From Malacoraja senta (taxonomy: Eukaryota), in the NCBI GenBank assembly GCA_038087875.1, contig CM075992.1:3412001-3476000 (forward strand): 64,000 nt of DNA, in the 5' to 3' direction. The notes beneath the pieces were generated by a model, which worked only from the letters and a program-made list of their open reading frames with translations, made no database searches and was not told the DNA's origin. The translations under genes were made by a program, and so were the position numbers. This document shows positions 50,217-64,000 of the stretch, in pieces. The first letter of the stretch is position 1, and every line of letters starts with the position of its first letter.

Positions 50217-53200
50217 ATTTTATTTAATTTATTCTGATTATGTGTTTTTTTGTTTGTTGTGATTCTATGCATTGTAAGGTGTCCTTGGGTTTTAGAAAGG
50301 CGCCAGTAAATAAAATGATTATTATTATTATGTTCTGTTATGCTGAAGCAAAGCAAGAATTTCATTGTCCTATCAGGGACACATGACAATAAACTCTCTT
50401 GAACATGAACTTGAACTTACTTCCCAGTTTCAGATTGGAGATCATGTTGGTCATGTTACCCTGCAGTTTCAGTAGTTCTTCAGACACTGGGAAACAAAAA
50501 CAGATTGAAATATTAACAAGCAGAACTCCCATGCCCACAGCATGCTTGGGGACATATCTTCCATCAAGCGTCACTCAGCGGGACAGGCAGCCATCCCCCG
50601 TTGAGTTAAACCCCTGTCCCACTGTACGAGTTCATTCCAAGAGCTCTCCCCGAGTTTGCCCTGATTCGAACTCGGAGATTTACGGTAATGGCCGCTCGTC
50701 GGTACTCGGGGCTCTCGCGGACATTTTTCAACGTGTTGAAAAATCTTCACGAGTCTTCCCGTGCTTACCTGCCGTTAGCGAGACTTCCCGAGTACCTGTC
50801 GTTAGCGCTAAGGGACGTCCCCGAGCTCCGACGTACCCGCTACGTTCATTCTCCGTGCTTACCACGAGTTTGGGTTTTTCAAAACTCGGGAGAGCTCTAG
50901 GAATGAACTCGTACCGTGGGACAGGGCCATTACTCCAGCATTTTGTGTCTGCAGTTCTTTCCTACACATATCTTCCATCAGGTATCTAATGTGGCCCTTC
51001 CTTTGAATTGAGTCATCACTCTTTATCGAAAAGGTCAGGTTCCTATTAAATCTTTCCCCCCCCCCCCAACCTTAAACCCAAGTGCCCTGGTTCTCGATCC
51101 CCCTACTCTGGCCAAGAGACTCTGTGAATTTACCCGATCTATTCCTCTCATGATTTTGTCCAGCTCCATAAGATCGCCCCTCATCTTCCTGCGCTTCATG
51201 GAATAGAGTCCCGGCCTGCTCAACCTCTCCCTACAGCCCATGCCCTCGAGTTCCGGCAACACCTTCGTAAATCTTCCTGTACCCTTTCCAGCTTGACAAC
51301 TTCAAGATTACAGTAGATTAGCGTCTACTCATTTTGTTAATGTTGAATTGTTTTCAAATTCAAAATAGAGGGATCTTGAGAGGGACTTACAGAGGGGTCT
51401 TGGGGAAGCCCATTGCTCCGTCAAAGTGGCGACACAAGTAGATAGAATGATAGAGAGGGTATAAAGTATGGTGATGTTTATCTTCATTGATATGATGATC
51501 GCATTGCGTACTGGGCAGTGGGTAGTGCTGGTTAGATGGACAAAGCATGTGAGGGTGTCACGGTGGCACAGCGGTGGAGTTGCTGCCTTACAGTGCTTAC
51601 ACTGCCAGAGACCCGGGTTCGATCCTGACTACGGGTGCTGTCTTGTATGGAGTTAGCACCCTTCTCCCCGTGACCTGCGTGGTTTCCCCCCGATATCATC
51701 GGTTTCCTCCCACACTCCAAAGACGCACAAGTTTGTAGGTTCATTGGCTCGGTATAAATGTAAATTGTCCCTAGGGTGTGTTAGATTTTTGTTAATGTGC
51801 GGGGATCGCTGGTCAGTAAGGACTCGGTGGGCCAAAGGGCCTGTTTGTGTGCCGTATATCTAAACTAAACTAGAATAAACCAAGAAGACTTGATGTTTAA
51901 GAAGGAACTGCAGCTGCTGGAAAAATCGAAGGGAGACAAAAATGCTGGAGAAACTCAGCGGGTGAGAAGGAATCTCACCCATCTATGGAGAGAAGGAATA
52001 GGCAACGTTTCAGGTCGAGACGCTTCTTCAGACTGATGTCGGGGGGGGGGGGGCCGGGAAAAAGAAAGGAAGAGGCGGAGACAGCAGGCTGTGGGAGAGC
52101 TGGGAAGGGGAGGGGAAGGAGGGAGAAAGCAGGGACTACCTGAAATTGGAGAAGTCAATGTTCATACCACTGGGGTGTAAACTACCCAAGCGAAATATGA
52201 GGTGCTTGATATTTAAATATTGAAACGTAAGACTTGAGGTAACTTGCTCAGTAGACCAGGCCACCCATGTGTTAATTGATTCCAACTTACTTTCCAGTTT
52301 CAGTTTGGAGTTCAGGTCGGTTATGTTACTCTGGGTTTTCTGTAGTTCTTCAAACACTGGGAAACAAAACAGATTGAAACATTGAAGGGAGACAAAAATG
52401 CTGGAGAAACTCAGCGGGTGAGGCAGCATCTATGGAACGAAGGAAATAGGCAACGTTTCGGGTCGAGACCCTTCTTCAGATTGAAACATTAACCAGCAAA
52501 CCTCCCATCAAACTTGCCCACAGCATGTATCTTCCATCAGTGTCTAATGCGGCTCTTCAGCGAATTGTTTAAGAAGGAACTGCAGATGCTGGAAAAATCG
52601 AAGGTAGACAAAATGCTGGAGAAACTCAGCGGGTGAGGCAGCATCTATGGAGCGAAGGAATAGGTGACATTTCGGGTCGAGACCCTTCTTCAGACTGGTT
52701 AGGTTAGGTTTATAGGTTCAGGTGGAAAAAAAAAAGCTGTTCACTGTTCCTCGGTATACATGTCAAATAAACTAAACTGAACTGAACTGAGAAAAGGCAT
52801 AGGTGACGTTTCGGGTCGAGACCCTTCTTCAGAATAGAGGGATCTTGAGAGGGAACTTACAGAGGGGTCTTGGGGAAGCCCATTGCTCCGTCAAAGTAGC
52901 AACACGTAGATAGAATGATAGAGAGGGTATAAAGTATGGTGATGTTTAATCTTCATTGATATCAGAGCATTGCGTACTGGGCAGTGGGTAGTGCTGGTTA
53001 GATGGACAAAGCATGTGAGGGTGTCACGGTGGCGCAGCGGTAGAATTGCTGCCTTACTGTGCTTACACTGCCAGAGACCCGGGTTCGATTCCTGACTACG
53101 GGTGCTGTCTTGTATGGAGTTAACACCTTCTCCCCGTGACCTGCGTGGTTTTCCCCCGATATCATCGGTTCCCTCCCACACACCAAAGACGCACAGGTTT

Positions 53201-56200
53201 GTAGGTTCATTGGCTCGGTATAAATGATAATTGTCCCTAGGGTGTGTTAGATTTGTGTTAATGTGCGGGGATCACTGGTCAGTAAGGACTCGGTGGGCCA
53301 AAGGGCCTGTTTGTGTGCCGTATATCTAAACTAAACTAGAAAAAAACAAGAAAGACTTGATGTTTAAGAAGGAACTGCAGCTGCTGGAAAATCGAAGGGA
53401 GAGAAAAATGCTGGAGAAACTCAGCGGGTGAGAAGGAATCTCACCCATCTATGGAGAGAAGGAATAGGCAACGTTTCAGGTCGAGACGCTTCTTCAGACT
53501 GATGTCGGGGGGGGGGGGCCGGGAAAAAGAAAGGAAGAGGCGGAGACAGTGGGCTGTGGGAGAGCTGGGAAGGGGAGGGGAAGGAGGGAGAAAGCAGGGA
53601 CTACCTGAAATTGGAGAAGTCAATGTTCATACCGCTGGGGTGTAAACTACCCAAGCGAAATATGAGGTGCTTGATATTTAAATATTGAAACGTAAGACTT
53701 GAGGTAACTTGCTCAGTAGACCAGGCCACCCATGTGTTAATTGATTCCAACTTACTTTCCAGTTTCAGTTTGGAGTTCAGGTCGGTTATGTTACTCTGGG
53801 TTTTCTGTAGTTCTTCAAACACTGGGAAACAAAACAGATTGAAACATTGAACGTAGACAAAAATGCTGGAGAAACTCAGCAGGTGAGGCAGCATCTATGG
53901 AACGAAGGAAATAGGCAACGTTTCGGGTCGAGATCCTTCTTCAGATTGAAACATTAACCAGCAAACCTCCCATCGAACTTGCCCACAGCATGTATCTTCC
54001 ATCAGGTGTCTAATGCGGCTCTTCAGCGAATTGTTTAAGAAGGAACTGCAGATGCTAGAAAATCGAAGGTAGACAAAAATGCTGGAGAAACTCAGCGGGT
54101 GAGGCAGCATCTATGGAGCGAAGGGATAGGTGACATTTTGGGTCGAGACCCTTCTTCAGACTGGTTAGGTTAGGTTTATAGGTTCAGGTGAAAAAAAAAA
54201 AGCTGTTCACTGTTTCCTCGGTATACATGTCAATAAACTAAACTGAACTGAACTGAGAAAAGGCATAGGTGACGTTTCGGGTCGAGACCCTTCTTCAGAA
54301 TAGAGGGATCTTGAGAGGGAACTTACAGAGGGGTCTTGGGGAAGCCCATTGCTCCGTCAAAGTGGCGACACAAGTAGATAGAATGATAGAGAGGGTATAA
54401 AGTATGGTGATGTTTAATCTTCATTGATATCGGGGCATTGCGTACTGGGCAGTGGGTAGTGCTGGTTAGGTGGACAAAGCTTGTGGCGCAGCGGTAGAGT
54501 TGCTGCCTTACAGTGCTTACACTGCCAGAGACCCGGGTTCGATCCTGACTACTGTATGGAGTTAACACCTTCTCCCCGTGACCTGCGTGGTTTCCCCCGA
54601 TATCATCGGTTCCCTCCCACACACCAAAGACGCACAGGTTTGTAGGTTCATTGGCTCGGTATAAATGATAATTGTCCCTAGGGTGTGTTAGATTTTTGTT
54701 AATGTGCGGGGATCACTGGTCAGTAAGGACTCGGTGGGCCAAAGGGCCTGTTTGTGTGCCGTATATCTAAACTAAACTAGAATAAACCAAGAAAGATTTG
54801 ATGTTTAAGAAGGAACTGCAACTGCTGGAAAAATCGAAGGGAGACAAAAATGCTGGAGAAACTCAGCGGGTGAGGCAGCATCTATGGAGAGAAGGAATAG
54901 GCAAAGTTTCAGGTCGAGACCCTTCTTCAGACTGATGTCGGGGTGAGGGGGGGGGAAAGGAAGGAAGGGGCGGAGATAGGGGGATGAGGGAGAGCTGGGA
55001 AGGGGAGGGGAAGGAGGGAGAAAGCAAGGACTACCTGAAATTGGAGAAGTCAATGTTCATACCGCTGGGGTGTAAACTACCCAAGCGAAATATGAGGTGC
55101 TTGATATTTAAATATTGAAACGTAAGACTTGAGGTAACTTGCTCAGTAGACCAGGCCACCCATGTGTTAATTGATTCCAACTTACTTTCCAGTTTCAGTT
55201 TGGAGTTCAGGTCGGTTATGTTACTCTGGGTTTTCTGTAGTTCTTCAAACACTGGGAAACAAAACAGATTGAAACATTGAAGGGAGACAAAAATGCTGGA
55301 GAAACTCAGCGGGTGAGGCAGCATCTATGGAACGAAGGAAATAGGCAACGTTTCGGGTCGAAACCCTTCTTCAGATTGAAACATTAACCAGCAAACCTCC
55401 CATCGAACTTGCCCACAGCATGTATCTTCCATCAGGTGTCTAATGCGGCTCTTCAGCGAATTGTTTAAGAAGGAACTGCAGATGCTAGAAAAATCAAAGG
55501 TAGACAAAAATGCTGGAGAAACTCAGCGGGTGAGGCAGCATCTATGGAGCGAAGGGATAGGTGACATTTCGGGTCGAGACCCTTCTTAAGACTGATGTCG
55601 GGGGGGGGCCGGGAAAAAAGAAAGGAAGAGGCGGAGACAGTAGGCTTGTGGGAGAGCTGGGAAGGGGAGGGAAAGGAGGGAGAAAGCAAGGACTACCTGA
55701 AATTGGAGAAGTCAATGTTCATACCACTGGGGTGTAAACTACCCAAGCGAAATATGAGGTGCTTGATATTTAAATATTGAAACGTAAGACTTGAGGTAAC
55801 TTGCTCAGTAGACCAGGCCACCCATGTGTTAATTGATTCCAACTTACTTTCCAGTTTCAGTTTCAGGTCGGTTATGTTACTCTGGGTTTTCTGTTGTTCT
55901 TCAGATTCAGATTCAGATTCAACTTTATTGTCATTGTGCAGTGTACAGTACAGAGACAACGAAATGCAGTTAGCATCTCCCTAGAAGAGCGACATTAATA
56001 TGAGCAGTAAATAAATAAATCTAATAAATCCTGGTGGGAGGAGTGTCCGGGGGGGGGGGTGTGATTGGCAGTCACCGAGGTACAGTGTTGAGTAGTGTAA
56101 CCGCCGCAGGGAAGAAGCTGTTCCTGGACCTGCTGGTCCGGCAACGGAGAGACCTGTAGCGCCTCCCGGATGGTAGGAGGGTAAACACTGGGAAACCAAA

Positions 56201-59200
56201 CAGATTGAAACATTGAAGGTAGACAAAAATGCTGGAGAAACTCAGCGGGTGAGGCAGCATCTATGGAGCGAAGGGAATAGGTGACATTTCGGGTCGAGAC
56301 CCTTCTTCAGACTGGTCAGGTTAGGTTCAGGTGAAAAAAAAAGCCTTTCACTGTTCCTCGGTATACATGTCAATAAACTAACTTGTCAATGAACTGAAGT
56401 TAACTGAGGAAAGGGATAGGTGACGTTTCGGGTCGAGACCCTTCTTCAGACTGAGAGTCAGGGGAAAGGGAAAGGAGAGATATAGACAGCCATATAGAGA
56501 GATAAATGAATTAAACAAATGAATGAAAGATGTGCAAAAGAGTAATGATGATAAAGGAGACAGGCCATTGTTAGCTGTGGGCTAGGTGGGAACGAGACAA
56601 TGAGACTCAACAAGACAACTTTGAAGCTAATACAACAACTTGGGTGTGGGGAGGACGATTGAGGGGGGATGCAGGGTTACTTGAAGTTAGAGAAATCAAT
56701 AGTCATACCTCTGGGTTGTAGACTGCCCATTTACCACTTACCGATAGTTTTCAGCTTAGACAGTTCACCAGCCATTTGATTTCTCTGGCCCTCTTCGGAC
56801 ACTGAGAAGCAAATATCAGGTTAAAACATTAATGACTGGAGGTCATGGCTCTTATTTGTAGCCTGTTCATGAATGTGCTGCTACAAAAGGAATCCCACTC
56901 ACACACAATCCCTGCTACTTAAAACTTTGTTTTCTCTCTTTCTGACCCGAAACATTACCTTTCCATGTTCACCAGAGATGCTGCCTGACCCACTGAGTTA
57001 CTCCAGCACTCTGTGAAACGTCACCTATCCATGTTCTCCAGAGATGCTGCCTGACCCACTGAGTTACTCCAGCACTCTGTGAAACGTCACCTATCCATGT
57101 TCTCCAGAGATGCTGCCTGACCCGCTGAGTTACTCCAGCACTCTGTGAAACGTCACCTATCCATGTTCTCCAGAGATGCTGCCTGACCCGCTGAGTTACT
57201 CCAGCACTCTGTGAAACGTCACCTATCCATGTTCTCCACAGATGCTGCCTGACCCGCTGAGCTACTCCAGCACTCTGTGAAACATCATCCATCCATGTTC
57301 TCCAGAGATGCTGCCTGACCCACTGAGTTACGCCAGCACTTTCTATCCCAGAGTTGAAAGCATTAACATTTCTCTCTCCAAAGATGCTGCCTGGCCTGCT
57401 GAATTCTGAATTTCAGCATTTGTAAACTTCTTAGACATTTGTTATCCAATTGTTATCTCCCAAGAAGGTTCACTCCATGGAAAATAATTTATCTGACCCT
57501 CGAAGGCATCGATGCGGCAGACAGCCAGAACCTTTTTCCCAGGGTGGAAATATCAAAGACTAGTGGGCATAGCTTAAAAGTAAGATGGATAAGGTTTAAA
57601 GGAGGTGAGCCGGGGCAAGTTTTTTTGCATGGAGTGGTGGGTGCCTGGAACACACTGACAAAGGTGGAGACAGATAAGACAGTGGCGTTTAAGTGGGTTT
57701 TAGATAGGCACATGGATGTACAGGGAATGGAGGGATATGGATCATGTGCTGGCCAAGGAGATTAGTTTAACGGCATCATAAAAACATAGAAACATAGAAA
57801 AAGGTGCAGGAGTAGGCCATTCTGCCCTTCGAGCCTGCACCGCCATTCAATATGATCATGGCTGATCATTTAATATTAGTACCCCCGTTTCTGCTTTCTC
57901 CCCATATCCCTTGATTCCGTTAGCCGTAAGAGCTCTATCGAACTCTCTCTTGAAAACATCCAGTCAATTGGCCTCCACTGCCTTCTGTGGCAGAACATTC
58001 CACAGATTCACAACTCTCTGGGTGAAATAGTTTTTCTTCAGAGGGAGTAAAGAGAAGGTTCACCAGACTGATTCCTGGGATGGCAGGACTTTCATATGAA
58101 GAAAGACTGGATAGACTTGGCTTGTACTCGTTTGAATTCAGAAGATTGAGGGGGGATCTTATAGAAACTTACAAAATTCTTAAGGGGTTGGACAGGCTAG
58201 ATGCAGGAAGATTGTTCCCGATGTTGGGGAAGTCCAGAACAAGGGGTCACAGTTTAAGGATAAGGGGGAAGTCTTTTAGGACCGAGATGAGAATTTTTTT
58301 TTTCACACACAGAGAGTGGTGAATCTGTGGATTTCTCTGCCACAGAAAGTAGTTGAGGCCAGTTCATTGGCTATATTTAAGAGGGAGTTAGATGTGGCCC
58401 TTGTGGCTAAAGGGATCAGGGGGTATGGAGAGAAGGCAGGTACAGGATACTGAGTTGGATGATCAGCCATGATCATATTGAATGGCGGGCAGGCTCGAAG
58501 GGCCGAATGGCCTACTCCTGCACCTATTTTCCATGTTTCTATGTTTCATCTCAGTCCTAAATGGTCTACCCCTTGTTCTTAAACGGTGACCCCTGGTTCT
58601 GGACTCCCCCAACATGGGGAACATCGTGTTTAGCACGGACATTGTGGGCTGAAGGGCCTATTACTGTGTATGTTCTAACCCCCGAAGCCTCTGGGTGATT
58701 TTAAAGATGAATTTCCACTTGCAGATTTGAATATTACTGCAACATACAGCTGGGGAGAATTTGTCAGAGGCTTTAGAATTCAGAGATATAGCGTGGAAAG
58801 AGGCCCTTCAGCCCACTGAGTCGGTGCTGACCGGCTATCCCCATACACTAGCACTATCCTACACACTGGGGACAATTTACCATTTTAGCGAAACCAATTA
58901 ACTTACAAACCTGTGCGTCTTTGGAGAGTGGGAGGAAACCGGAGCACCCGGAGAAAACCCACGCAGGTCACGGGGAGAAGGTACAAATTCCGTACAGACA
59001 GCACCCATGGTTAGGATCGAACCTGGGTCTCTGGCGCCGTAAGGCAGCAACTCTACCGCTGCGCCACCGTGCTGTCAGAGGTTTAGGGTAACTCACCATT
59101 TCCTTTGAACTGTGAAAGCTGCAGCATCAGCTTGTCCTGAACTTCTTTCATTCCGGAATACATCCCTGAAACTGAGGGGGGAGAACGTTAGGCGGGAGCA

Positions 59201-62089
59201 TGTGCAGCACGTCACTGAGGATCGACACAGAAATGCTGGAGTAACTCAGCGGGCAAGGCAGCATCTCTGGAGAGAAGGAATGGGTGCCGTTTAGGGTCGA
59301 CACCCTTCTTCAGAAGGTCCTTTACAAGTGCAAAAACCCTCCGCTGGAAGAATCACTGGGTGATGCGTGTAGCAAGATGAATCAGTCTGAAGAAGGGTCT
59401 CGACCCGAGACGTCACCCATTCCTTCTCTCCAGAGATGCTGCCTGTCCCGCTGAGTTACTCCAGTAGTAAACACTGCCCAGTCCATCATCGGCTCTGACC
59501 TCCCTTCCATCGAGGGGATCTATCACAGTCGCTGCCTCAAAAAGGCTGGCAGTATCATCAAGGACCCACACCATCCTGGCCACACACTCATCTCCCTACT
59601 ACCTTCAGGTAGAAGGTACAGGAGCCTGAAGACTGCAACGACCAGGTTCAGGAATAGCTACTTCCCCACAGCCATCAGGCTATTAAACTTGGCTCGGACA
59701 AAACACTGAACTTTATTAGCCAATTAACTGTTATTTGCACTTGATCAGTATATTGATTCATGTGTGTATATATTTATAGAATGGTATATGGACACACTGA
59801 TCTGTTTTGTAGTCAATGCCTACTATGTTCTGTTGTGCTGAAGCAAAGCAAGAATTTCATTGTCCTATCAGGGACACATGACAATAAACTCACTTGAACT
59901 TGAACTTTTTGTGTCTATCTGCGGGATGAACCAGCATCTGCTGTTCCTTCCCACACTTCTTACCTTCCGAACTGAGTTAACACATGTTAGCATTTCATAC
60001 CTGGGACTTCAATTAAGGATAAATTCCAGCACAGTAGAGTAGGGCTGGGCACATATATATGCACGGTTGGTTTAAGCATGGAGTCTGAAGAATGGTCTCC
60101 AGAGATGCTACCTGACCCGCTGAGTTACTCCAGCTTTTTGTGTCTATCTTCAGATTAAACCAGCATAGAAACATAGAAACATAGAAAATAGGTGCAGCAG
60201 TAGGCTATTCGGCCCTTCCAGCCTGCACCGCCATTCAATATGATCATGGCTGATCATCCAACTCAGTATCCTGTACCTGCCTTCTCTCCATACCCCCTGA
60301 TCCCTTTAGCCACAAGGGCCACATCTAACTCCCTCTTAAATATAGCCAATGAACTGGCCTCAACTACCTTCTGTGGCAGAGAATTCCAGAGATTCACCAC
60401 TCTCTGTGTGAAAAATGTTTTTCTCATCTCGGTTCTAAAAGACTTCCCACTTATCCTTAAACTGTGACCCCTTGTTCTGGACTTCCCCATCATCGGGAAC
60501 AATCTTCCTGCATCTAGCCTGTCCAACCCCTTAAGAATTTTGTAAGTTTCTATAAGATCCCCCCTCAATCTTCTAAATTCTAGCGAGTACAAGCCGGGTC
60601 TATCCAGTCTTTCTTCATATGAAAGTCCTGCCATCCCAGGAATCAGTCTGGTGAACCTTCTCTGTACTCCCTCTATGGCAAGAATGTCTTTCTGCAGTTC
60701 CTTCCTACACATGGTGGGTTTAAGTCGAAGATAGACACAAAAAGCTGGAGTAACTCAGCGGGACAGGCAGCATCTCTGGAGAGAAGGAATGGGTGACGTT
60801 TCGGGTCGAGACCCCTCTTCAGTGTAGTCTTTACCTTTCACTGTCACTATGATGAGGCTCAATAAGGCGAAGAAGGTCGAAAGAGCCACGAGACCAAAGA
60901 TAAGCAGCAACCACGTCCTTTTGCTGATACAATCACCACTTGACCATGCTAAAAACAATAGGAAATTTAGTTTAGTTTAGAGATACAATGTAGGACCCGG
61001 ATGAGAAAAACATTTTTCACACAGAGAGTGGTGAATCTGTGGAATTCTCTGCCACAGAAGGTAGTTGAGGCCAGTTCATTGGCTATATTTAATGGCCTAC
61101 TCCTGCACCTATTTTCTATGTTTCTATGTTTCAATGAAACAAGCCCATCGGCCCACCGGGCAATGATCGCCGCACACTAACAATATCCTACACACATTGG
61201 TGACAAATTACAAATTGACCATATCCAATTAACCTACAAACCTGTACATCTTTGGAGTGTGGGAGGAGATTACTCCAGCACTTTGTGTCTATCTTTGTTT
61301 TAAACCAGCATCTACAGATAGTAGCCTACACATGTGGGTAGTAGTTCTGCCCTGCTCTCTTGTTGTGGTAGGATGATTCAGTTGCCTGATAACAGCAGGG
61401 AAGAAACTGTCTCTGAATCATCTCCAGGGCCACAGGAAAGCTGCAGTTCTCCATCTCTGAGCAACTCCAGTCCCATAGCAAAGTCATAGAGTCATGATTG
61501 AATGGTGGAGTAGACTCGATGGGCCGAATGGCCAACTTCTGCTCCTCTGGCATAGAGTCATACAGTGTGGAAACATGTCCCATCTACACTAGTCCCACCT
61601 GCCAGCACTTGCCCCATATCCCTCTAAACCTGCCCTATCGATGTACCTGTCCAAATGTTTCTTAAACATTGGGATAGTCCCTGCCTCAACTACCTCCTCC
61701 GGCAGCTCGTTCCATACACCCACCACCCTTTAAGTGAAAAAGTTACCCCTCAAGTTCTTATTAAATCTTTCCCCGCTCACCTCTGGTTCTCGATTCTCTT
61801 ACTCTGGGGCAAGATGCTCTGTGCATCTACCAGATCTACTTTCACCACTGGTCCCTCTGTTCCTGCACATCTTTGAAAACTGGATCATTCTGCCTTCTTT
61901 TGCATCTGAATATTCCTCTTTCACTTCGGACACTTCATGGCATGAGACTTTACTAAACTGGCCAAGGTTCCCCTTCCTTCTCAATCCCCACATACCTTTA
62001 TCCTCATCATGCTTCCGTTCAGCTTCTGTTCTCTGCTCTTTCACCTCTGAGCAGTCTTTGAAGTATTCGTAGCTGGACGGCTCAGGCAT
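46634..62089 (-). CDS. Gene B: duplicate of gene A without its own terminal CTLD exon (partial gene or pseudogene)
   Basis: Exons 62089-61996, 60948-60835, 59165-59097, 56801-56742, [56187-55848 disrupted], 55251-55186, 53821-53756, 52356-52291, 50486-50421, 49718-49567, 46746-46634. One V->I change in CTLD exon 2. No EPN/WND exon seen between 35.9 and 46.6 kb. Confidence 0.85.
51364..56450. repeat. Tandem neck-exon array (copy B), one unit shorter
   Basis: Exon 3' ends at 52291, 53756, 55186, 55848. Confidence 0.93.
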
Positions 62090-64000
62090 GCCGCTGATTC
62101 TTCGTTGGAGAGGGAATATACGACACAAATCTTTCGGACACTGGAGGAGCCTTGATTTAAGCAATTCCTCTGCCCAATTGAAATATCAGAAAACCACCAA
62201 CTTGCACCAACTTCTCCATTTCCTCCAATTATGTAACTTAAAGATGATCATTTGCCGTGAGTTCTGCTGTGCTCAGCACATGCGAGCTTGCGACATAACA
62301 GCAAAAAAAACGCACGCCTGTAAAGAATTAAAAAACTTATGGCCAGTCTATTTTGCTCTAAACATTATTCCCTTAACATGTATCTATACACTGTAAATGG
62401 CTCGATTGTAATCACGTATTGCCTTTCCGCTGACTGTTTAACCCGGAACAAAAAGATTGTCACTGTACCTCGGTACACGTGACAATAAACTACACTGAAA
62501 CTCCTTATCAATCTTCCTGAGTTGGACAAAACTTGGCCCTTTTGTGAAAGAAAGAGTTCTGTTTCCTTTAAGAGTCAAGAGTGTTTTATTTTCATATGTC
62601 CCGGACGGGACAATGAAATTCTTACTTGCGGCAGCACAACAGAATATGTGAATATGTAAACACCTTTATTGTGGTGGGAGATTGCAACCTTCACGTGGTC
62701 CGCCCTGTTTCGACGAATGCAATCAACCCGGCGTTACAATCAAATAAGATTAAATAGAACAAGTTGTCCTACAACTTTAGGCTGTGCACACCATACGCAG
62801 CATTTATTACCCTTGTAGTATTTCTATTACCCTCGTAGTATTTTTTATTACCCTTGTAGTATTTTTATTACCCTCGGAGTATTTTCCACAGCACTTTAGA
62901 AACAACAACACATGGTTGGTGAAAACCAAGACGACTCCAATTGCTGGAAATCGAAAAGGAAAACAGAAACCGCTGGAAACAATTAATAAGGCTGGGCAGA
63001 ATCTGTGGATTGAGAAACTGTTAAGACTTCAGTTTGATAGCCCTTAATTTTGTTTAGTTTGGTATAGTTTAGAGATACAGCGTGGAAACAGGCGCTCCGG
63101 CCCACCGGGTCCACGCCGACCGGCGATCCCCGCACACTGACACTATCCTACACCCACGAGGGACAAGTTTTACATTTACTAAAGCCACTTAACCGACAAA
63201 CCTGTGCGTCTTTGGAGTGTGGGACGAAACTGAAGATCTCGTAGAAAACGCACGCAGGTCACGGGGAGAATGTACAAACTCCGTACAGACAGCACCCGTA
63301 GTCAGGATCGAACCCGGGTCTCCGGCGCTGCATTCGCTGTAAAGCAGCAACTCTACCGCTGCGCCACCGTGCCGCCCCAATGCTCATAGTAAAGGCACAA
63401 CTTTATTATGCTGGCGGGAGTGGAAGAGTCACTGTCAGTATGGTCATGTACTTACCAGCTCCTCGCGGCCCCACTCAATTATATTGTGCACAGGGAGTAT
63501 ACCTCTACATGAGTAGCTAATCACACAGCTAACCACATAGTCACTTGCACCGGTTCTTATCGTGTCCAGAACAGACTTGTTTTTCTCTATCTGTGGTTCT
63601 ACTTGGTTTTGTGCCTCCCTCCATCCCTGTTTACCCACAACATCCTTTGCAGTTCTGCAGAACCACCTGTTGGTCATTAGCTGGCAATTCTAAGCAAGTA
63701 AAGCAGGCTCACTGGGGCAACATGCAATCTGTCATTGTCCACATTAACTCTTAAACTCACATCCTCCTCTGCATTCCTGGCAGCATCAGTGGAGGGATAT
63801 AGACCTTGGGTCGGGACCCTACTTCAGTCTGGTGGGGCAGAGGAGAGATAGGGGGTGATGAGAGGTGAGCAGAAGGGGTGGGGCAAGATTTGATGATGAT
63901 CAACATGATAAGCTCATTCAGAGTCCCCTTGTGGTACAAAGTGGTCAGAGACATTGAATAATGAGGATTACAGCGATGATCAGCACGAAGATAGATCCAT

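Larger units (their letters stand above)
42596..64000 (+). repeat. Direct segmental duplication of 13217-35858 (continues past the window end)
   Basis: Colinear, near-identical sequence; offset 29379 at the left end and 28142 at the right end. Confidence 0.97.

Overview
Vertebrate genomic DNA, most likely a cartilaginous fish (skate/ray/shark): it is dense in HE1/V-SINE-like tRNA SINEs, CR1, L2, Rex1-like and Penelope fragments. It holds a minus-strand cluster of type II transmembrane C-type lectin genes (CD209/ASGR/CLEC4-like), which I assembled by hand from splice sites. Gene A (33947->12895) is complete, about 332 aa, with a YxxF tail, a TM helix, a coiled-coil neck and an EPN/WND lectin domain. 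Gene B (62089->46634) lies in a near-identical duplication of 13217-35858+ that stops about 190 bp short of the last exon. Gene C (4797->79) runs off the left edge. The neck is built from identical 66-nt exons, each in a ~1.43-kb tandem unit, with copy number differing between A and B. The window also contains a 142-bp retroposon starting with an HDV-like ribozyme fold, hammerhead-like motifs in Penelope repeats, Harbinger-type MITEs, and a fragmented ERV env plus candidate LTR upstream of the lectin start. All of this was read by eye; no searches were run.
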